A DNA stretch of 64,000 nt from Gracilinanus agilis. Lineage: Eukaryota. The position numbers and the translations under genes were made by a program. The stretch covers positions 89,677,158 through 89,741,157 of the forward strand of contig NC_058132.1 of the NCBI RefSeq assembly GCF_016433145.1, given 5' to 3'. Within the stretch, counting starts at the first letter, position 1, and each line of letters starts with the position of its first letter. Positions 50,136-61,999 of this stretch are shown in pieces. The notes under the pieces are model-generated. The model ran no database searches. It had not been told where the DNA came from and was given only the letters and a program-made list of their open reading frames with translations.

Positions 50136-50826
50136 TTAGCTATCTATAAGTACTTAAACACACTCTCAGTGGATAGGGAATTAGTCTTATTTTTCTTGAA
50201 TACAAGGATCAGAAGTAAATACAATGGTTGAATGTTGGAGAGAAGTAAATATTGACTCAATAGAAAGAACATTTTAATAAGAAATAGTCAAAAGTGGAAA
50301 AATATCCTTCTGTAGAAAGCAACACTCCATGTCCTGACTACACATTTTCACTCTCTCCCTCATGCCCAGAAAGCTTTCCCTTCTCATCTCCACTTCCCAG
50401 ATTCCCTTGTTTCTTTCAAATCTCAGATTAAGCTGCACTTTTTTTTGTTAGAAGTCTTTCCAGGTACTCTTAATCTTATTTTTCCTGATGACCCCAACTC
50501 CATTTAACCTGTATATAACTTTTTTTTCCACATAGTTTCCTGCTGCTTCCTGTTCTCCCACATCAGAGGGAGAGGACTGTGGGAAGAGAGGCTGTTTGGT
50601 TTTTGTCTGTCTTTGTTTTGCCAGCACTTAGCACAGTGCCTAGCATATAGTGAGTGCTTAAATGATTATTGCTTGGACTTTACTAGTTCTGCTTGGCCCT
50701 CGAGGAGAGACATTTTCAGAAAATTTGCCAAAGCAAAAAGGATTTTTGTCTTGTCTTCTACTTCACATAATCCTTTGCTAAGGATAAGTATTAGTGTGAG
50801 GAAATCAGTGATTAATGCAAATACAC

Positions 50827-50842
50827 TTTTTCTTTTCTTTTC

Positions 50843-50876
<34 letters not shown>
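50827..50876. repeat. (TTTTC)n + poly-T tail preceding a minus-strand SINE (~50900-51062)
   Basis: Direct reading; the SINE CORE gttaagtgacttgctcagggtca follows. Confidence 0.85.
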
Positions 50877-51173
50877 ATTAAACTCATCTGTTTAGAATTG
50901 ACACTAAATATCACTCAAGGCTTACAGGCTAGGCAGTTGGGGTTAAGTGACTTGCTCAGGGTCAGGTAGCTAGGAAGGACTTGTCTGAGGTCACATTTGA
51001 ACCTAGGACTCTCCCATCTCTGCAAGCCTGGCTATCTATACACTGAGCCACTTAGCTGCCTTTACAAATGCTCTTTCCAAGCAGAAAGGGAACCAGAGAA
51101 CAAACGCAAAAAAAAAAACAACTTAACATCAACTACAGAAAAACAATTGCTTTCTAAGATTTTCCACCTCAGC

Positions 51174-52139
51174 CTAGCCCTGGCGATTGTTGCTCAGCCC
51201 TTGTAAAAAGGAAAACTTTTTGACAATTCTTTGCCGGATCTGCTTGGTCTTGACGCTGTAAACAATGGGGTTCATGAGAGGAGGCACTAAAAGGTAAACA
51301 TAGGACATGAGCAAATGGACCACGCGGGGCAGATGCTCACCAAAGCGGTGCACAAGGGATAAACCAATCATAGGAATATAGAAGAGAAGCACTGCGCAGA
51401 TGTGAGAGACACAAGTATTGAGGGCTCGGAGGCGCTCCTCACGGGAGGCAATGCTCAGCACTGTGCGCAGAATGAGGGCGTAGGAGAGAAAGATGAGCAC
51501 TGAGTCCACACCCACCGTACAAGCCACCACAACGAGGCCATAGATGTGGTTCACTATGATGCTGGAGCAGGCCAGCTTCATGATCTCCAGGTGAAGGCAA
51601 TAGGCATGGGCTAGTACATGAGAGCGGCAGTAGTGGTAGCGTTTCAGGAGTAAAGGTAGAGGAATGATGAGCAATGCACTGCGCAGGAGTGAACACAGCC
51701 CCATCTTCACTATCCGGCCATTTGTCAGGATGGTCCCATATCGGAGTGGGTTACAGATGGCCACATAGCGATCAATGGACATGGAAAGCAGAACCGAAGA
51801 TTCCACCAGGGACAGTGTATGGATAAAGAAGAGCTGGATGAAGCAGGCAGGAACGCCAATCTCCCGAATATCAAACCAAAAGATACCCAGCACTGTGGGC
51901 AATGTGGACAAGCACAGTCCTAGGTCTGTGAGGGCCAGCATTGCCAGAAAGTAATACATGGGTTCATGGAGTGTTGTATCTGTTCGGATAACATGGAGGA
52001 TGGTGATATTTCCCACAATTACTGTTAAGTAGATAGTGCAGAAGGGGATAGAGATCAAACCATGAAAAGCTTCTTGACCCCGGAATCCGGTCAGGAAGAA
52101 AGAGAGTGATTGGAGGCTGCTGTTCCCTGCAGCCAACAT
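51174..52139 (-). CDS. OR51G1: Olfactory receptor 51G1 orthologue candidate, 321 aa
   Basis: Intact ORF. SHVLAHAYCLHLEIMKLACSSIIVNHIYG, MSIDRYVA and HRFGEHLPRVVHL closely match recalled human OR51G1. Confidence 0.92.
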   Translation of the reverse strand: MLAAGNSSLQSLSFFLTGFRGQEAFHGLISIPFCTIYLTVIVGNITILHVIRTDTTLHEPMYYFLAMLALTDLGLCLSTLPTVLGIFWFDIREIGVPACFIQLFFIHTLSLVESSVLLSMSIDRYVAICNPLRYGTILTNGRIVKMGLCSLLRSALLIIPLPLLLKRYHYCRSHVLAHAYCLHLEIMKLACSSIIVNHIYGLVVVACTVGVDSVLIFLSYALILRTVLSIASREERLRALNTCVSHICAVLLFYIPMIGLSLVHRFGEHLPRVVHLLMSYVYLLVPPLMNPIVYSVKTKQIRQRIVKKFSFLQGLSNNRQG

Positions 52140-53445
52140 TGTGCTGAAGACTTGGACTGAGAATTCTGAAAAGCAGAATTTGGCTCATGAGCAAAGGGAA
52201 CTACTCTATTTCCTCTTACCTGAAGTCAATGGAATAGTTGCTTGCCCCTTTAGAAACTTTACTTTTTAACCTTCTCCTACATGGAAGGAGAATCAATAAT
52301 TCCATTATCTTTGTGATTTATCCAGTGGCCCACCCACCCAGGATTGCCCACAAAACCCAGGTATGTTGTATCCCACTGGCACTGGCTTTATGGATGTGAC
52401 ATGGAGTATAAAGAAAAATTATTTAAGTCTAAAACCAAATCCTACTGTGTTTTAGAAGTGCCTCCTGAAAACCTACTCAACATGGATCTTTGAACTTCCC
52501 AGCTATCCATTATGGTCTATACCAAACATTTTGTTCTTGATATGTATACTGTCATCTCAGTGTCTGTCTTTGAATCACACGTGAGGTGTGTGTACCTTAT
52601 CTTCTTTCCAAGAGAGAATAAAGGAAAGAAGTATGGAGTGAAATTATGGAACTTTTTTTTTATTCAGAAGACTTACATCTGAGTCATGGTTTGAACTAGG
52701 TGACTTTGAAAAAGTCCCTGATTCTTAATCTTCTCTCTTTAAAACAAGGAGAATGAACTTGATGTTTGCAAAGGTTTCTGTCAACTTAAATTTTCCATTA
52801 TTTTATATGTAAGCTCCTTCACAACATGCCTAATATTTCCTTTCCACTCCACCACTATCATTGCCCGATCTCTACTTTGAGCCCCATGGAATCTAAAATA
52901 GGATAGTACATAGCAGTTATTCAATATCAGTAAAGACCTCTTGAGTTTTCTGACTTATCTATGCTAAGGAATAGAACTTAGTGTAGTCATTCTACCAACC
53001 GCTCCACAGAAAATGGGACCCAGACCTAATATTGGAGGTAGAGGAGAAGTCAAAGAAATGAAGGAGATTTTTAGGAGTTTTCTTAAGTAGCATCTCCTCT
53101 GGAAACATTCTTTTACTAGTAAGATGAGACACTGGGTGACAATTGTCTACTTTTCCCCTTAGGATTCTATCATTGGGTAATTCTGTAGGTTTGGTTTCTC
53201 CTAAAAGTACTATTTATAAGGCTCTATCCAGTGAATTTTCCCCAACATCAATAAACCAGCTAATATCAATTAGCTTTTTTTTAGAAGGATATTTTATTTC
53301 AAGGGCAGATGTTACAAAATATAATCTTCCAAAGCAATGGAGCACATCATTTTTGTACACACTAGGTCACTAGGGAATGTGGATTCAAACTTAATGTAAC
53401 ATGCTAATAAGTTACCCCTCCTCCTCTTCCTTCCCTCTCCCTCTC

Positions 53446-53700
53446 CTTACCTCACAACTCCTGGTGTGGTAATCCCTTTCTCCTTTGACAGAATTCCCAC
53501 TCCTGTTCAGCTCGGCAAGATTCTCTTGGGGCTTGGTGTCTCAACTGATTTAGCCAATGAACTGTTGGGCCAGATCAAATGAGTCTCTCCTATAATGGCT
53601 TCTTGCTGGACTTCCTTCCTTCTGAGATTTGCTCCATTGGCTCCTACTACCAAGTACAGTATTAAGGAACTTCTAATGGCACTTCTAACCTTTTAGACTT
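53446..53700 (-). promoter_or_regulatory. Candidate OR51G1 5' non-coding exon / promoter
   Basis: Minus-strand donor AG|GTAAG (cttacct 53446-53452) in unique sequence 1.3 kb upstream of the ATG, with an O/E-like ttctcttggggc at ~53521. Confidence 0.35.
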
Positions 53701-54195
53701 ATAAAGAATAATACCTTCTCAGTTCTATCTCTGAAAACTCATTCACCTAAGAACAAGAAAGGATAAACACAAATAAACCAAATCAACAGCCCCCACCCCA
53801 ATAAAAAAAAGTGCTTTTAAATCACTACATAAAATAGTGTGTGGAGATATGAGGGCTGCCAACCCTACCCAACACAATAGCTTACTTCATTAGGAAGTAG
53901 TTAAGGAAGAGAATTAGCTATCCTTTCCTAGAAATGTCTCGATTTATGCTCAGTTCTAGTTCCTCAATTAAAAGATGCTTCCTTGTCATAGTGCTAGCTG
54001 CTCTGTCATTCATAACTAGAAGTAGATAGACCAAGCCTTTGTGTTAGATTGGAACAGATAAGAAAAATTATTTATCCTTTTTTCTAATTGACTTAAAAGG
54101 ACAAATTCCTGTATGTTCACTGACCATAACTCTCTTTATACTTAAATAATATGGTTCAGAGACCAACCCTGTCTGAAGATCATCACATTCTAGGT

Positions 54196-54542
54196 CAGTG
54201 ATGGGCAACCTTTTGAGCTTAGTGTGTCAAAATTTGCCAAAAAAACAAGCATAACTCGGGTAATGTGTCACTTTGAGAAAAAAAAAACATAATTTCATGA
54301 TATTTATAGGTCAAATAACAAAAATGTATAATTTAAATATATAACAGTATTTAATAAACCAAAATAGGTAAATTAATATAGGTAGAATTATCATCTTTAT
54401 TGCACAGAGTGTTTACACTACACTACAGCAAATGTTTCATCCTCAGCATGAGGCCCCGTACTTCTCTGTATGCGACTGAGTGTCATTGAAAATTACTACA
54501 TGTGTCAGTGCTGACACATGTTTCATAGGTTTGCCATCACTG
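54196..54542. mobile_element. hAT MITE, OposCharlie1 (OC1)-like
   Basis: TIRs cagtgatgggcaacct / aggtttgccatcactg. Perfect TSD ttctaggt (54188-54195, 54543-54550). Subterminal palindrome catgtgtcag-tg-ctgacacatg (54499-54520). Confidence 0.85.
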
Positions 54543-55246
54543 TTCTAGGTTATAGGGAAAGGTGGATAAAGGATACATGGTCTTAATCTGGATAAGAGAA
54601 GCAAGGAAACTAGGAACAAGAGAGATTTAAATAGAAGAAATTTGGGCTAGAAACAAAATGGATTCTATAAGTTAGACTGAGAGACCTAAGAATAAGGGGT
54701 CATCTGAGATGGGCAGAGATATAGTCAGTGTCTCTCTCTGATTTTAATAAAAAAATAAGAATAGTTGGTGCCTTGATTCAGCTTCAGGAAGGGTGATAAA
54801 CAATTCTCTTGGCTCCAAGATCTGTGACACAGCAATATATAGCTATTATTCACTTGTTCAATTATTACCACTCATAACAAAAGAAAATAGAATTTAACTA
54901 ATGGTTGTGTCAGTAGTAATATATAGTCTGTTATAATAATTAGGTTATCTGAACTGACCCAGTCTTTTTCATTCCTGATTTGTATGGAATAAAATATTTA
55001 TAACTTGGGCATCCTTGAAAAATACAACTATACACTATATCTAATACTGTTAACCCTAATAAGGCAGAATAGCTGAACTTCACCAAGAAACTCCCAAAGG
55101 ACGGGAAATCTATAGTGTGAATAATATCGACTCATTAGAAAGCAAGTAATTCTAGATCTGAGGTCACAAGACCTGGGTTTGAACCAGTTACTCATGAACT
55201 TAGGTATATCTTTTAATCTTTTTTTTTTTTCACTATAAAATAGGTG

Positions 55247-55845
55247 GTACAAAAATATTTATAGCCATGCTCTTTGTAGTGGCAAAAAATTTGGAAAATG
55301 AGGGGATGTTCAGTGATTGGAGCATGGCTGAACAAATTGCAGTATTTGATGGTGATGGAATACTATTATGCTGAAAAGAATAATGAACTGGAGGAATTCC
55401 ATGAGACCTGGAAAGACCTTCAGGAACTGATGCAGAGCAAAAAGAGCATATCCAGGAGAACATTGTACACAGTGACTGATACATTGTGGTACAATTGAAG
55501 GTAATGGACTTATAAACTAGTAGCAATGCAACGAACCAGGACAATTCTGAGGGATTTATGAGAAAGAATGCCATTCACATCCAGAGAAAGAACTATGGGA
55601 ATAGAAATGCAAAGGAAAAACATATGACTGTTCATATGGTTCAAGGGGGACATGATTGAGGACGTTGACCTTAAGTGATCACTCTATTGCAAATTTGAAT
55701 AATATCGGAATGGGTTTTGAAAAATGATCCATGTAAAACCCAGTGGAATTGCTCATTGGTTACAGGAGGAGGGAGGGATGAGGGGAGGTAAAGAGCATCA
55801 ATCATGTAACCATGGAAAAATATTAAAAATTAATTTAATTAATTT
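55247..55845 (+). mobile_element. L1 3' end
   Basis: gtacaaaaatatttatagccatgctctttgtagtggcaaa...catgtaaccatggaaaaatatt, homologous to the copy at 20950-21520. Confidence 0.93.
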
Positions 55846-56017
55846 AGGTATTATAAATAGGTAGCAGTGGCGATAGTAGTAAGACTAAATTATTTTTAAG
55901 ATCTTTTCCAGGCTTATATCTATCCTCTTCTCATTACATGAGAGTCTTGGTATAGTGTAACTCAAACCAAAAGTTCATTTAGAAGAAATCTTGGTTCTTG
56001 AACAGAACCATCTAGAG

Positions 56018-56225
56018 CAGTGATGGGCAAACTATGATAGCCCATGGGCCAGATGCAGCCCCCTGAAATGTTCTATGCAGGCAGGGTGACATTATTCCTA
56101 ATCTGACGAATATAATGGGCAGGATACAATACAATGAAACTTTAAAAGAGTTGTCTTAGAAACAGACTGACAGATGAGCATTTCCTTCCCTTTGGCCCCA
56201 TCTTTGAAAAGTTTACCCTTCACTG
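56018..56225. mobile_element. hAT MITE, family B
   Basis: TIRs cagtgatgggcaaac / gtttacccttcactg. Perfect TSD atctagag at 56010-56017 and 56226-56233. Homologous to 40391-40595. Confidence 0.93.
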
Positions 56226-56519
56226 ATCTAGAGTATAATGCCCATAAACGTGAATCCAAAATGGATTAGAATGAGTGTCCTTTAAAAAAAAGCGTTCTTT
56301 TATAAGCATGCAGGAACAAATTTCTTTAATAACCTATTCAGACTCAGAAACAAAGGTCAGTTTTGGTATTGTTTTTAAGGAAGGAAGGAAATGAGCATTT
56401 TATTAAGCAACTAACAAAGCCTATTTAGTGCCTGCTATGTGCCTATAGCCTCACTGACCCAAGAGCTTTGGAAGTATTATATCATTTTATCCTAAAAACA
56501 ACCCAGTGAGGTAGGTACT

Positions 56520-56520
<1 letters not shown>

Positions 56521-56561
<41 letters not shown>
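56521..56561. repeat. (TCA)n/(CAT)n microsatellite
   Basis: Direct reading. Confidence 0.97.
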
Positions 56562-57669
56562 TCTATTTTATACTTGAAAAAACTGACAATAGGAGAGATT
56601 TGGGTGAGGCACAGTAAACAGCTTAACTTGGGATGATAAAAAATGTTGGATGTGTAACTGATTAATGGAGTGGAGTCTTTATTCTTGGAGATCCATTTCT
56701 CCTTGGCAGGTTAATCAGAGACATGGGCTGGAATCCAATGTCTTCTCTAGACCTTTGCTTTCACAACAGTACCATTCTAATTCTCTCAGCTCACCACTTT
56801 AGTTATTCCCATTCTCCTGATTAGCTTGTGGATTTTTCAAAAATGAGATAATACTTAGGGTTGATCTTAATCCTCCCTCTAAGGTCACAGAGAGTTGCCA
56901 ACACCCTTTTGACTCTTGGAAAGATGAAAGTCTTTCTATTTCCCCAAAGCTAAGATTCAAATAATATTCTTTGATCCATTAGAGTTTCTTTCCCCCTAAA
57001 ATTTTATGCCACATCCCATTTTGAGTCTCAAGTATTCGCCAAAGATGCTCACCTTTGCTGAAGCTGGACAGACATGACATGCACGATCCAATACCAGGTT
57101 TCATAAGTCAATCTTTGCTTCTTTTTCCCACACTGGCAAGTTTCTTAAGACATCTTGCTTCTACATCAAGAGACTGAGCAATCTGGAGTTAAGAGTCAGT
57201 CTTCAAGAAATGAATTTAGTCTCATTTACTTACTCCTAGTCCTTGGACATGGCATTCTTACTAAAAGGAAGTTGTGAGTTGTGGAAAAAAAATATTGATT
57301 ATTGTTTCACATCCTGATTTTGAATTTCAAGTCTGCAACTTAGTAGCTGTGTGAACTTGGGTAGTTATTTAATTTTTCTGTGCTTCATCTGTAAAATGGA
57401 GAACAGAATATTTAACCTATCCACTAGACAGGAATTGAACCTGCTATTTCATTTAAATAGAGAACTTATAGGTAAGGAAATTCTGTAACTGCAGGTTGAT
57501 ATCCTGTCGACAGTTTAGTCTTAGAGAACTACCTAAACGACAGGTGTCAAATGCACTGTTCACCAGTAAAGCTAAAATCAAAATAAAATATTGTTGGAAA
57601 ATATTTAACCAAAAAACAAAAAACAGAACATAAGTAATGTTAATATGGTTTTCCAAATAAATAGATAGT

Positions 57670-57923
57670 GGACAGCTAGACGGCACAATGGGTAGAGTAG
57701 CAGTTCTGGAATCATAAAGACTTATCTTCCAGAATTCAAATCTGGCTTCAGACACTTACTAGGTGTGTGATCCTGTGCAACTCACTTAACTCTGTTTGCC
57801 TCAGTTTCCTCATCTGTAAAATGATCAAAAAGTCACAAACCATTCCAGTATCTTTGCCAAGAAAGACTTAAATGGAATCATGAAGAGTTAGACATGGCTG
57901 GAAAATGCCTAAACAACAACAAA
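57670..57923 (+). mobile_element. MAR1 SINE
   Basis: ggacagctagacggcaca...ccagtatctttgccaagaaa...aacaacaac tail. Confidence 0.9.
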
Positions 57924-58744
57924 TTTAACATACACCCCCATAGGATTCCTTATATATGACTTAGAGGTTTATTTCTCTTTGAATTTGACACCACTAGCCT
58001 AAAGCCCTGAAAGGTTGTCATTCAATCAATTTACTTTCATTAAGTCCCACTCATTCTATTAGGTGCTGGGAATTTAAGGAAAAGCATAAAACAATCCTTA
58101 CTCCCAAGGAGGTCATAGTCTAATGAAAGTGAAAACATGTAAAGGATTATATGTAAATTTTAAATAAAGTATAAATTAGAAATAATCAACTGAGAGAAGA
58201 CAATAGAATGTTTAGATCCACATAGTAATTGTTAACATAACTTGAACACAGATCCCTCTTGGCAATGAAGATGACTCTCTAATCACCATACCATTCTATC
58301 TTTAACTACATAGGTAAGAGAAGATTAAATAACAATATATTGAAGGGTATTTAGTGAATATTGGAGTGCTGTTGAATTCTAATAAAACAATATAAACAAT
58401 AATAATATCTTTAGGAATTTATGATTTATAAAATACCTTCCTAGCCATCTCTCTCTTTTCTTTTTGTCTTCCTAGGGCTTAGGATTGTTACATAGTAAGT
58501 GTTTAATAAACACCTATTAGCTGGCTAATTTGCTAGTTTTCCATTTCTGTGAAGTAAGAAGAGCTGATATTATTATCTTATCCCTTGAACAGAAGAAGAA
58601 AATGAAAACAGAACATTAGAAAGACTTGTTTCAGTTCAAATAGGAAGATAGAGACAGAGAAAGGTCTATACCTTGTAGTTCATAACATTTTTAATTTAAA
58701 ACTAGAAGAGACATCAAAAATCAACTTATCCAACATTCTGAGTC

Positions 58745-59000
58745 TGCTAAGTGGCACAGTGGATAGAGCAGTAAGGAAGTAAGGAAGTAAGGAAGACTCA
58801 ACTTCCTGACTTGGTATCTGGCCTCAGACACTTACTAACTATATGACCTTGAGCAAACCATTAATCCCTGTTAGCCTCAGTTTCCTCATCTGTAAAATGA
58901 GCTGGAAAAGGAAATGGCAAGCCACTCCAATATCTTTACTCCCAAGAAAATCCCAAATCGGGTCTCAATGAATTTGAAATGATTAAAAAATGATTGAACA
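58745..59000 (+). mobile_element. MAR1 SINE with internal (gtaaggaa)x3 at 58771-58794
   Basis: ctaagtggcacagtggatagagca...gagctggaaaaggaaatggcaagccactcc. Confidence 0.88.
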
Positions 59001-59405
59001 ATAAAGTCCAACATCTTAGAGATAGGAAATTGGAGCTCATATTGGTCAAGTAATTTACCAGTGTAACAGAGGAAGGATCTAAATACAGATCCTCTGATGC
59101 CAAACCTGGTTTTCTTTCCACTGTGTCATTCCTCTTGCTGAGGCATGGTTTAATGGAAAACATACTGAGTTAGAAGACCTTGTGCCAAGTTCTAGCTCCA
59201 ATAATAGACAAGTCTCTTCACTTCTTCTATACCTTCTTTTGAATCTGTAAAATGGGCATTGGATTAAAAACAATCAAACACATAATGCTTAAAGCAGAGT
59301 TGTTTTGACCAAAGCGCTTTGTAGAGCTTAAAACATTATAGAAATTAATATTCTAAGCTGACTCAGCAAAAATTTCAATTTTCTTTCATTAAAATATGAA
59401 AGCAA

Positions 59406-59810
59406 GGGGGAGCTGGGTGACTCAGTGGATTGAGAGTCAGGTCAAGAGCTGGGAGTCCTGGGTTCAAATTTGACCTCAGACACTTCCTAGCTGTGTGACC
59501 CTGGGCAAGTCACTTAACCCCCATTGCCTAGCCCAGGGGTCAGCAATCTTTTTGGCCGTGAGAGCCAAAAACGCCACATTTTTTAAAATGTAATTTTGTG
59601 AAAGCTGTACAGTGCTCACAGTGCTGCTCCTGTAACAGCGCCTGAAAAAAACTTGACTTTATGGCTCCTGCAGAAAGAGCCATATCTGACCCTCAAAAGA
59701 GACAGATATGGCTCAAGAGCCATTCGTTGCTGACCCCTGGCCTAGCCCTTACCATTCTTATGCCTTAGAACAAATAACCAGTATTGATTCTAAGATGGGA
59801 GGTAAGGATT
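59406..59810 (+). mobile_element. SINE1-type SINE split by a hAT MITE
   Basis: The 5' half ends ...ccccattgcctagcc (59533) and resumes gcctagcccttaccatt... (59740). Confidence 0.92.
59534..59739. mobile_element. hAT MITE, family D, nested in a SINE
   Basis: TIRs caggggtcagcaa / ttgctgacccctg. Perfect TSD gcctagcc (59526-59533, 59740-59747). Confidence 0.93.
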
Positions 59811-60089
59811 TTAATATATATATATATATATGAAAATAAGTATATCCTATATACTATTTATCACAATGGAGTCAGTTAGTAGTAGGAGAGACTATAAAAA
59901 AAGAAATAACAATGATAATGGAACAGGGTCACTTCAAAATAGGTTAACATTTACATATTGCCGAGGATTAAAAGTATGAATTAAGAAAACAAAGAAACAT
60001 AGGATGGGGGAAACAAGTTGGACATCATAAATCTCTGAGACAAGAATGGCCATTTCTCATTCATATCATTCTCATCTCATTACACAGGT

Positions 60090-60124
<35 letters not shown>
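60090..60124. repeat. (CA)n microsatellite
   Basis: Direct reading. Confidence 0.97.
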
Positions 60125-60127
<3 letters not shown>

Positions 60128-61039
60128 TTTTTAGGCTATAAACTCAGGGAGAACACAAAATGTACCTTTCTTAAACTTTTTTCCACTGAACTCAGCAGTA
60201 ATATACATGTGGAAGGAACTTAATAAATATTGAAGTTAATACAAACCTACATAAAAATACACATATACAAATGGTCCCTTTCTTCATTTCCTGAAAAAAC
60301 AATAATGATAATGATGATGATAGTCATTTATATAGCACTTTAAGGTTTACAAAGTATTTAACAAATACTACTTTCATTTTTCCTCACAATAACCTAGTTG
60401 CTGTCCTCATTTTACAGATTTTACAGATGAAAAAACCGAGACTATCAGAGGATAAATGACTTGCCTATAATCACACAACAAGAAAGAATCTGTCACACAG
60501 TTGCCACAAATCTTTCTTCTCTCCATATCCAATTAGAAAAATCTATCCAGAAAATTGGCAAAGCTACTCTGGGTGGTTGTCCTTCCAAAACAGATTGATC
60601 CTGGACTCCGGTTTGCCTTTAGTGCTCATCCAGTCTTTCCTTCTGCCCAGGCAGAGCTGATGAACTTGAAATTCATAGTCAAAGATTCATCAACCAATTT
60701 ATTTGTAGTTGGTTATACCTTAAAGCTTCCATCTTTTACCTGCTTTTCTCTGGATCCTCAGAAATCCTAGATGATGCTCTTGTGGCTGGATGAACCAATT
60801 AAAATTTCTGAGGCTCTAAGTCATGTGTTCTTAAATTATTTTGACAGTCTGATCAATTTTATTCCTCCTCAGAACAATGTTTTTAAATGCATAAGTCAAA
60901 ACACACAAAAAACAATTATATTGAAAAATAGTTATCCATTATAAAATGTTTACACACCCCAGGTTAGTAACCCTTATAATAAATATCCATAAACTTTAAA
61001 TGTCATGTTATCTCCACTTCTCACATGCTTCAGTCATGA

Positions 61040-61600
61040 AGCAACCAACCCATCTGGATCTTCTCTCCACTGAGAGCCTGACCCCAGGCCTAACCAGAAT
61101 ATCCTCTTCTTCATAACTTTCTCACCTCTTTGATGCAAGAATTAGAAAGACCAAGAAAGATGTTAGTATCCAGGATAGGAAGACAGATCCTCACTTTTAG
61201 TTGGTTCTCCCTTAGACACTATTATGTACATGACAACTTCTTTCTCAAGAAACTTGGCCTCTGAGGCCAGAGAAGACTAAGAAAGAAGTATTTTCCACTT
61301 AAGAAATAGGGGAAATATAATTGCATAGACCATGTGATTGTTCCCTTGGGAGCCCTAAACTATATGAGTCTTTATAAAAACCTTAGATAGATCCCCTTAG
61401 GAGCCTCTCCCCAGCAGGAGAGTTTCCTTGTCCCTCACATGCCATTTACATTTGTGGTGGCCCCTAAGGTGCTCAGCAGAATGTAGGACCCATGAGTTTA
61501 GCTTTCTAAATCTCTTCTCCTGAGTGTCTGTGATGCATTCAGTCCTTCCTTAGTCATCACTCACCACTCATGTAAGCATAAATAAAACTCTTAACTTTTG
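61040..61600 (+). mobile_element. Possible old LTR
   Basis: tttataaaa followed about 200 bp later by aataaa in a GC-richer island. Boundaries are unclear. Confidence 0.35.
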
Positions 61601-61999
61601 TGGGCCTCAGTTTCCTCATCTGTAAAAAGAAAGGGTTGGAATTGATTATCTTTAGGGCTCCTTCTAATTTTAAATCTGTTTAAATGTGAAGTACAAGTTC
61701 TAAATTTTCATCTATCTCTAACTTGCTAAGATGCCTCAGATACATTATTTACCTCTCTGGATTTCAGGTCCTTCATCTATGGAGTCCAGAAGGATAGACA
61801 TAATGATATCCACCATTCATAGTTTTTCATGTTTTGAACTTATTCAGAAAGGGTCTAGTCATATATAAGACCCTGGACCAGAAACAGCAAAAGGGATAGA
61901 AATAATTTTAACTCTCTAATGGAATTTTAAAAATATATATACTGTTTAACTCATAACAAATTCACTTAAGAGATTTCCCTTAAAAGTATTGCTGTTCTA

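Noticed and set aside
52144-52221. Possible tiny 5'UTR intron just upstream of OR51G1 (minus-strand CAG|GTAAG at ~52220)
   Set aside because: The resulting intron would be only about 52-76 nt, at or below the usual minimum, and there is no other support.
60555-60800. Unique-looking GC-richer segment with a 71-aa ORF, checked as a possible OR fragment
   Set aside because: I found no OR motifs in the translations examined. At most it is a non-coding exon or an old repeat.
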